64,000 nucleotides of DNA, taken from the NCBI GenBank assembly GCA_965215505.1, contig OZ244065.1, positions 4,032,001 to 4,096,000 of the forward strand, written 5' to 3'. Within the stretch, counting starts at the first letter, position 1. The number at the start of each line of letters is the position of its first letter. Under the pieces are notes generated by a model. That model worked only from the letters and a program-made list of their open reading frames with translations, ran no database searches and was not told where the DNA came from. Position numbers and translations under genes: made by a program. This document shows positions 57,820-64,000 of this stretch, piece by piece. Origin of the DNA: Capsulimonadaceae bacterium. GTDB lineage: Bacteria > Armatimonadota > Armatimonadia > Armatimonadales > Capsulimonadaceae.

Positions 57820-58583
57820 CAGACTTTCCAGGGCGCGCGGCCCGACTGCCACAGGTTCTCTAAAATCTTCTTCTCGCGCAGCGTATCCATGCACTGCCAG
57901 AAGCCTTCGTGCCGGAAGGCGGCGAGCTGGTTGTCGGCGGCCAGGCGCTCCAGGCCGTCCACCTCCAGGCTGCTCGCGTCGCCCTCCAGATAATCAAAGA
58001 CCTGCGGCTCCAGGACCATGAAGCCGCCGTTGATCCAGCCCTCGCCGATCTGCGGCTTCTCGCTGAACTCGCGCACCAGGTCGCCCTCAAAGACCAGCCC
58101 GCCAAAGCGAGACGGGGGGCGCACGGCGGTGATGGTGGCGAGCTTGCCGTGGGCGCGGTGGAACTCCAGGACTTTGCCGAGGTCCACGTCGCAGACGCCG
58201 TCGCCGTAGGTGACCATGAAGGCCCCGTCTTTGAGCCATCGCTCCAGCCGCTTCACCCGGCCGCCGGTCTGCGTACTCTGGCCCGTGTCCATCAGGTGGA
58301 CGTTCCAGTCCTCGGTGTCTTTCTCCAGGTCTTCTACCGTGCCGCTCGCGAGGTCCACGCGCAGGGAGCCGCCGAGGCTGTAGTGGTCCAGGAAGAAGCG
58401 CTTGATGACCTCGCCCTTGTACCCCAAAGCCAGGAAGAAGTCCTTGAACCCGTAGTGGGCGTAGGAGCGCATGATGTGCCAGACGATGGGGTGTTCGCCG
58501 ACCTCCACCATGGGCTTGGGCTTGATCTCGGTTTCTTCGGCCAGGCGCGTCCCCAAGCCTCCCGCCAGTACGACGACTTTCAT
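57819..58583 (-). CDS. rfbF: Glucose-1-phosphate cytidylyltransferase
   Basis: [44 protein letters not shown]. Confidence 0.93.
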   Translation of the reverse strand: MKVVVLAGGLGTRLAEETEIKPKPMVEVGEHPIVWHIMRSYAHYGFKDFFLALGYKGEVIKRFFLDHYSLGGSLRVDLASGTVEDLEKDTEDWNVHLMDTGQSTQTGGRVKRLERWLKDGAFMVTYGDGVCDVDLGKVLEFHRAHGKLATITAVRPPSRFGGLVFEGDLVREFSEKPQIGEGWINGGFMVLEPQVFDYLEGDASSLEVDGLERLAADNQLAAFRHEGFWQCMDTLREKKILENLWQSGRAPWKV

Positions 58584-58623
58584 GCTGTTCCCATTCTGAT
58601 GAGCCTTTGGATGAACGAGCGAT

Positions 58624-58733
58624 TGAAATCACTCGCTGCCGCCGGATTTGTCCAGGGGACAAGGGAGCGGAGTATAGGGAGCGATCCCTCCTCTTCTGTC
58701 CCCTGGACAGGTCCCCTTCAGCGAGTGATTTCA
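58624..58733. repeat. Long nested inverted repeat (110-nt stem-loop) between the wzc-like gene and rfbF
   Basis: Outer 15-bp perfect repeat TGAAATCACTCGCTG/CAGCGAGTGATTTCA; inner 13-bp repeat TGTCCAGGGGACA/TGTCCCCTGGACA. Confidence 0.8.
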
Positions 58734-58788
58734 CTCACTCGTCCTGCTCCGGTCTTCGCCCACTCACCTGTTCTCTAACGACTTCTTC

Positions 58789-60354
58789 CTACCGCTTCTT
58801 GACGAGCGGCGGTGCGTCCCCAACCTCCGCCGGTGGCCGCGCGCCGCTGCCGTTGGCGGGCTTCGGCAGGGATGCGCCCGGCCCGGTCGCCCTGTCCCCG
58901 GCGCGCGGCGCGCGGGCGTAGTCCACCGCGACGGCAAGGAGGAAGGCCAGCACGACCGGCAGCAGGCAGAACAGGCCGAGGCGCGTCATGCCCGGCTCGC
59001 CGGTCGTGGGCGGGAGGGCGCTGTCGATGATCGACATCCGGCTCTGGGCCGAGGCGTTGTTGATCTTGATGCTCTGCGCCTGCGTCAAGGTTTCGCGCAG
59101 GATGTCCGCCTGGAAGCCGCGCTCGGCCTGGAGGCGGTCCAGCTCGAACGACAGGTCCCGGCTGACGCCCAGGCGGCGCTCGGCCTTCGCGATCTTGTCG
59201 AAGAGGGTCGCTTGCCGGGCGTAGAGCGAGTTGATGAGCTGGTCGTTGTTCAGGTCCGGAGTCGTCAGGCGCTCTTTGACGCCCTGGGTCTGGAGGTCGA
59301 GCTGCTTCTGGTCGGCATCCAGCCGCGTTTGCGCCGTGATGACGGCGGTGTTCTCCGGGCCGTAAAGGTTTGCGGCCGTGGTGTAGGCGATCCGGTCGTT
59401 GGTGACGCGGGTGCGGATGTCGGACAACTGCGGGTCGTCCGTCGGGAGGCGGGACAGGTCGCGGAGCTGGGCGGTGATCCCCTTCTCCCGCGCCAGCCGG
59501 GCGGCCTGGGCGGCGCGCAGGTCGGTCTGCACCACGTCGTACTGGCTGTTGAGCGTGTTCAGTGCGGCCGAGGCGGAGGCGGCGTCCGTGTCCGCGCCGG
59601 GCGTCGCGCCCTCGGCCGCCGACGTGCCGGAGCGGCCGCCGCCCGCCGAGCGCGGGTTGGCGCGCGCCACCTCGCGGCTGAAGTCGCGCAGCCGCTTCAA
59701 AGACTGGTTGTAGTCGGCCGTCGCCTGCCGCACCTGGGCGTCCGCCCCGTGCAGGAGGGCGGTGCCCTGGTCGCTGTCGCTGTTGATGAAGTAGTACTTC
59801 AGGGCGGCGGCGTAGGCGTTGGCGGCCTGGGCGGCGGCGTCCTCGACCTGTGCAGGCCGGGGAGCGTGCGTCAGGCTGAGGCGCGGGGAGCCGGGCAGGG
59901 TGACGCTGATGTAGAGCAGGCCGTCGGGGTTGTCCTCGGGCTTGACCCCTTTCGCCAGCAGGCCTGCGGCGGCGGCCTCCGAGGGCAGCGTCTTCGCGCC
60001 GTAGATCCGGGTGAGTTTGACCTGATGCTCCACCTGCGTCGCCATTTCGCGGCTCTTCAGGACGCCGATGTAGTGCTTGTTCCCGCCGCCCCCGCCGCCG
60101 CCGAGCAGGCCGGCCAGCCCGCCGCTCGCGGCCGGCTGCTGCATGGCGACGGAGACGGAGGCGGTGTAGGAGCGGGGGACCAGGAGCAGGGCCGCCGTCA
60201 GCAGGACGGCGAAGAGCAGCGGCCCCTTCCAGAGCCAGCCCCCGGCCTGCCGCCGGAATGCGCGTGCCAGGGCCGGCCCGTCTATAATGATTTCGTCTTG
60301 TTCCAATTTGTTAGCGGCGTTGTTTGCGGCGGACGGTTTCGGCGGCCGGGCCAT
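58789..60354 (-). CDS. Polysaccharide co-polymerase (Wzz/Wzc/GumC-like, no kinase domain)
   Basis: N-terminal TM + P.SYTA; LKSR; coiled coil; IIDSALPP + C-terminal TM; no Walker A. Confidence 0.75.
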   Translation of the reverse strand: MARPPKPSAANNAANKLEQDEIIIDGPALARAFRRQAGGWLWKGPLLFAVLLTAALLLVPRSYTASVSVAMQQPAASGGLAGLLGGGGGGGNKHYIGVLKSREMATQVEHQVKLTRIYGAKTLPSEAAAAGLLAKGVKPEDNPDGLLYISVTLPGSPRLSLTHAPRPAQVEDAAAQAANAYAAALKYYFINSDSDQGTALLHGADAQVRQATADYNQSLKRLRDFSREVARANPRSAGGGRSGTSAAEGATPGADTDAASASAALNTLNSQYDVVQTDLRAAQAARLAREKGITAQLRDLSRLPTDDPQLSDIRTRVTNDRIAYTTAANLYGPENTAVITAQTRLDADQKQLDLQTQGVKERLTTPDLNNDQLINSLYARQATLFDKIAKAERRLGVSRDLSFELDRLQAERGFQADILRETLTQAQSIKINNASAQSRMSIIDSALPPTTGEPGMTRLGLFCLLPVVLAFLLAVAVDYARAPRAGDRATGPGASLPKPANGSGARPPAEVGDAPPLVKKR

Positions 60355-60450
60355 GCGCCCGGTGGAGTGCGTGTCGATGTCTCTGTTGACGCTTTTGCGG
60401 GATTTTGAGTATAGCCCAAAAGCGGCCGTTTGTCAAATCCGGGCGGGGCC

Positions 60451-63400
60451 TTACAGCAGACCCCCCAGGATTTTCAGAGTGATGGCCGAGCCGAGCAGGC
60501 CCTGGAAGAAGGTGCTGAAGCTGTTCCCGCTCCGGCTCACGTTCTCGGCCAGCACCTTGGTCGGTACCAGGATCAGGTCGCCCGGCTGGATCGCGCCCGC
60601 GGCGGCGGCGGGGATCAGGCCGCCCCCGGCGTGGATGACCTCGATCCGGTCCTTGGCGGCGTCCGGGGTGAAATCGCCGGCGTACTTGATGTAATAGTCC
60701 ACGGACTGGCCCGGCTTGAAGACGACCCCGCGCCCGGCGTAGACCGCCCCGACGACCTGGACGGTCGTGGGCGTCTCGGGGACGACGATGGTGTCGCCGT
60801 CTTTGAGCAGGAAGTCCTCGGAGCCGCCGGGGCGTCTCAAGGCGTCCCGCAGCCGGATGGCGACGTTGCCGTTCGGCTGGAGCTGGCTCGGGGTCAGCAG
60901 CCGCCCCTGCGAAACCGGGTTGATGGTCCGCAGGTTGTCCACCAGCCCCCCGACATTGGGGTTAGCGGCGCTGCCGCTGCTCGGCGTGATGCCGGGGATG
61001 GCGATGCCGCTGCTCGACGCCCCGCTGGCCGCGCTGCCCGCCGCTTCGATCAGGGCGAGGCTGGCCTTGGCCCGCTCGCGCTGGTACTGGCTCAAGTTCA
61101 GCATGTCGCTCATCTTGCTGATGGTCTGGGCGAGGTCCATCTGCCCGGTCGTCAGCAGGGTGTCCGAAGTGCGCGTGAACTCGGCCCCCTGCGGGAACGC
61201 CTCGGGCAGCAGGCCGCCCGCCTTGCGAACGGCGTCGCTCAGGCGCGTCGTGCTGTCTATCGGGAACGGGCCGGGGTGGGCGACGGCCCCGGTCACGGTC
61301 ACGATGGGCGGGTGGTCCTTGATGGTGCCGTTACCCTGCACCGTCACCACGTCGCCGTCCTGGAGGACGGTGTCGCCGCTCGGGGCCAGCACGCCCGGCC
61401 CCTGGTAGGCGACGACGATCGGCGGCGTCACGGCCGGAGACGTGGACGTGTTCGGCTGCCGGGCGTGGGAGACCATGACCACCGTGCCGCCGCCGGGCTT
61501 GTAGGCCCCGGACAGCTTGACCAGGTCGCTGATCTTCATGCCCTCGCCGCGCGCGTACAGGCCCGGCGCGACCACGTCGCCCAATATCTTGACGGTGTGG
61601 TCCGGCGTGAAGTGCGCCTCGCCGATGCGGAAGACGGCCAGCACGTCGTTATCCTGGACCGAGGCGTCCTCCGCCGCGTCCCCCGCCAGCAGGGCGCGCA
61701 GGTTGACGTAGTCATAGGCGAACGTGCCGTCGCCGCGCTGGTGCAGCAGGACCGCCCGGTTTAAATAGGCGTCGGGGAGCGGCCCGCCGGTGTCGAGCAG
61801 CAGGTCGCTGACCTTCATGTTGTCGGACTGCGTGTAGAGGCCGGGCCGCTGGACGTCCCCGCGCACCTCGACGGAGCGCCGCCCCAGGTAGGCCACGTCC
61901 TGGCGCGAAAAGACCCGCAGGGTGTCGAATGTCTTCAAGGGCAGGTTCTGGGCCGGGTCGCCGTCGAGCGCCGCCGCGACGTTGACCGACACGACGGCGG
62001 TCGTATTGTCGGCGTTCAGCCGCGTCAGCTCCGCCCGCCCCAAGTAGGCGTCATACAACGGCTGCCGCGCCCGACGCAGCAGGTCGGCGACGCGCATCCC
62101 CGGCGTCAGGGCGTAGTCGCCTGGCTGGTCCACCTCGCCGACAACCGTGACCCGGTTGGTCAGGATGGCGCGCACCGAGGACACTTCCACGCTGTCGCCG
62201 TCGTACAGAGGCGTCCGGGCGGCCCTGGCGCGGTCGCTCAGGTTGACGTCCACGATGATGCGGCCCGTCCCGTTGTTCACGGTGTCTATGTGGACGTTCT
62301 GGTCCACGCCCGAGGGTTTGACGCCGCCCGCGTAGTTCAGGGCGTCCAGGAGAGTCTCGGCCGGGTTCAGCTCGTAGACGGCCTGCTGGCGCACCTCGCC
62401 GCGTACCGAGACGCGCGAGACAGGGGCGGGGATGTAGATGTTGTCGCCGGACTGGAGGTTGACGTCGCCCTGACGCGCGCTCGGGCGGCCCGTGCCCGCG
62501 CTGATCAGCGGGTAGATGTCCAGGACGCCCACGGGCCGCCCGCCGCGCAGGACGCGGATGTCGCGCAGGGAGCCGTTTGCCGTCGGCCCGCCGGTCGCCT
62601 GGAGGACGCTGAAGGCGGTCGTGCTGGCCGGGACCTGGTAGGTGCCCGGCTCGAAGGAGTTCCCGCTGACCGTCACCTGGATGGTGCGGAGCTGACGCAG
62701 GCTGATGGAGACTTCCGGTTTCCGGTACAGCCGGGACAGGCGCTGGATCAGGGTCGCCTCGGCCTGAGCGGCCGTCCTCCCGGCAACGCTGAGGCGGCCC
62801 GCGCCCTCGACGCTGATGCCGCCCTGCGCGTCTACAGTCGCATTGAACTCGCGCGGGGTCAGGGTCAGGGCGCTGTAGCGGACCGTCAGCGAGTCGCCCG
62901 GCTGGAGCTGGTAGTTCGGCGGCAGGGAGGTGAGGACGTTGCGGTACAGCGAGGAGATCGGGTCGGCGAGTTGGCCCCCGACGGCGTCCGTCGCGCCCGC
63001 CCCGCCGTTCTGACCGTTGTTTTGGCCGCCGCTTTGCAGCAGGGCGTCATCGCCGGGGAACTGGATGTCGCTGCCAGGAGCGGCCGTGTCGCCGGCAAAA
63101 GCACCGCCGGTGTAAGCGTCATCCGGGGTCCGGCGGCGGGGCGTCGTCTGCCCGCTCACGTCGCCGCTCCCCGTGCCGTCCTGACCGCCGTACCCATTGT
63201 TGTAGGCCTGGCCGTTATATGTTTGGCCGTTATCGCCCGTGCTGCGCGTGTCCGGCGCATTGGGATCGTTCAAGAGAGCGGCGTTGGGATCATTCATATT
63301 GCCCCCGGCCACGCCGGCAGCCGCCGCGCGCCGCCGCGCCGCCGCGCTCTGGCCCGACCCGTCCGCGCCGCCGTTCGTGTCCTGGCCGTTCGTGTCCTGG

Positions 63401-64000
63401 CTGTTGGTATTCGGGCCATTCGAGTTCAGGCCATTGGCATCGAAGCCGTTCGTGTCGCCTGAGCCGTTTGCGCCGAACCCGGTGCCTGCCGCGTTCCCGC
63501 CGCCCTGAGTCACGGTCGAGCGGCTGCGCGTCCCCGTCTGAACCGGGGCAGGGCGCGGCAGCAGGGCGCGGCGGCGGGCGATGATGATCTGGCGCGCGGG
63601 CTGGAAGAAGTCGTACCCGAAGAGCGGGAGCGGCCGGACGCCCGCCCCCTGCCGCGGCTGGAACGGGTCCGTCGGGAGGGTGTAGACGCCCGGCGCGCGC
63701 GGGGGGATGAGCGGGGTGATCCGGTTGCCGGGCGACCCGCCGGTCGCCCCCGGCCCGGTCCCGCGCGTCGGGGTGGTCAGGAGCAGGGGGTTGGGGGGCG
63801 TCACGGGCAGCCGCGGCCGGTTCGTCCGGCCGGAGCGTGTCCCGACCGCGCCCGCCGCGCCGCCGTTGTCCACGCCGACCGGGGGGCCGGGGGACGCCGA
63901 GCCATTCGCCCCGCCATACCCGCCGCTGCCGTCATCGCCCCCATTGCCGGTGTTCTGGTCGCCGAAGCCGCCCGGCGCGCTGCCCGTGTCCCCCACGCCG
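60451..64000 (-). CDS. SLBB-repeat polysaccharide export protein (Wza/KpsD-like), 5' end beyond the window
   Basis: FGYDFF, Y.LQPGD, GGPTANGSLR.I, repeated V.G.V..PG.Y..AGG..L.DGD SLBB units; Gly/Asn-rich disordered N-terminus. Confidence 0.88.
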   Translation of the reverse strand, partial: GVGDTGSAPGGFGDQNTGNGGDDGSGGYGGANGSASPGPPVGVDNGGAAGAVGTRSGRTNRPRLPVTPPNPLLLTTPTRGTGPGATGGSPGNRITPLIPPRAPGVYTLPTDPFQPRQGAGVRPLPLFGYDFFQPARQIIIARRRALLPRPAPVQTGTRSRSTVTQGGGNAAGTGFGANGSGDTNGFDANGLNSNGPNTNSQDTNGQDTNGGADGSGQSAAARRRAAAAGVAGGNMNDPNAALLNDPNAPDTRSTGDNGQTYNGQAYNNGYGGQDGTGSGDVSGQTTPRRRTPDDAYTGGAFAGDTAAPGSDIQFPGDDALLQSGGQNNGQNGGAGATDAVGGQLADPISSLYRNVLTSLPPNYQLQPGDSLTVRYSALTLTPREFNATVDAQGGISVEGAGRLSVAGRTAAQAEATLIQRLSRLYRKPEVSISLRQLRTIQVTVSGNSFEPGTYQVPASTTAFSVLQATGGPTANGSLRDIRVLRGGRPVGVLDIYPLISAGTGRPSARQGDVNLQSGDNIYIPAPVSRVSVRGEVRQQAVYELNPAETLLDALNYAGGVKPSGVDQNVHIDTVNNGTGRIIVDVNLSDRARAARTPLYDGDSVEVSSVRAILTNRVTVVGEVDQPGDYALTPGMRVADLLRRARQPLYDAYLGRAELTRLNADNTTAVVSVNVAAALDGDPAQNLPLKTFDTLRVFSRQDVAYLGRRSVEVRGDVQRPGLYTQSDNMKVSDLLLDTGGPLPDAYLNRAVLLHQRGDGTFAYDYVNLRALLAGDAAEDASVQDNDVLAVFRIGEAHFTPDHTVKILGDVVAPGLYARGEGMKISDLVKLSGAYKPGGGTVVMVSHARQPNTSTSPAVTPPIVVAYQGPGVLAPSGDTVLQDGDVVTVQGNGTIKDHPPIVTVTGAVAHPGPFPIDSTTRLSDAVRKAGGLLPEAFPQGAEFTRTSDTLLTTGQMDLAQTISKMSDMLNLSQYQRERAKASLALIEAAGSAASGASSSGIAIPGITPSSGSAANPNVGGLVDNLRTINPVSQGRLLTPSQLQPNGNVAIRLRDALRRPGGSEDFLLKDGDTIVVPETPTTVQVVGAVYAGRGVVFKPGQSVDYYIKYAGDFTPDAAKDRIEVIHAGGGLIPAAAAGAIQPGDLILVPTKVLAENVSRSGNSFSTFFQGLLGSAITLKILGGLL

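Noticed and set aside
197-63584. Many long alternative-frame ORFs (e.g. 19775..21733 +, 23254..25071 +, 45609..47471 +, 56392..57993 +)
   Set aside because: They are antisense shadows of well-supported genes, expected at about 70% GC, and show no recognisable motifs.
1-64000. tRNA, rRNA, prophage or defence-system genes
   Set aside because: None were recognisable by eye; a covariance-model and HMM search would be needed to exclude them fully.

Overview
High-GC bacterial chromosomal window. Gene content (PEP-CTERM protein, HAF-repeat proteins, stalk-domain protein, STN-like secreted protein) suggests Armatimonadota; this is inference only. The left half (1-35.4 kb) is mixed accessory and housekeeping DNA: two HAF-repeat proteins, a KAS-III-like enzyme, and a COG4280 membrane gene whose 5' end recurs about 4.3 kb away, bracketing a lower-GC islet with two secreted-protein genes and an IS5 element. 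A second IS5 element lies just outside the islet. The left half also holds glycoside hydrolases (GH30-like, GH63, GH29), a Cache-GGDEF-HD-GYP protein, a sigma54-type promoter before a PEP-CTERM gene, an apparent PrmC-BON fusion followed by tsaC, PhyH/AraC/ABC genes and many REP/REPIN-like palindromes. The right half (35.4-64 kb) is one minus-strand Wzx/Wzy surface-polysaccharide locus: wza-like, wzc/wzz-like, ddhA/B/C, a ThDP enzyme, an HpcH aldolase, an SDR, a DHQS-like cyclase, epimerases, wzx, five tandem GT2 genes, wzy, GT9, an rfbE-like gene, GT4 and wzi. The two strongest leads are (1) a CDP-3,6-dideoxysugar pathway extended by a ThDP enzyme, aldolase and DHQS-like cyclase, a candidate route to a branched or carbocyclic sugar, and (2) five mosaic glycosyltransferase paralogs sharing near-identical 300-370 bp blocks in a patchwork, a candidate glycan-diversifying array. 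All product calls come from reading motifs by eye; no database searches were run.
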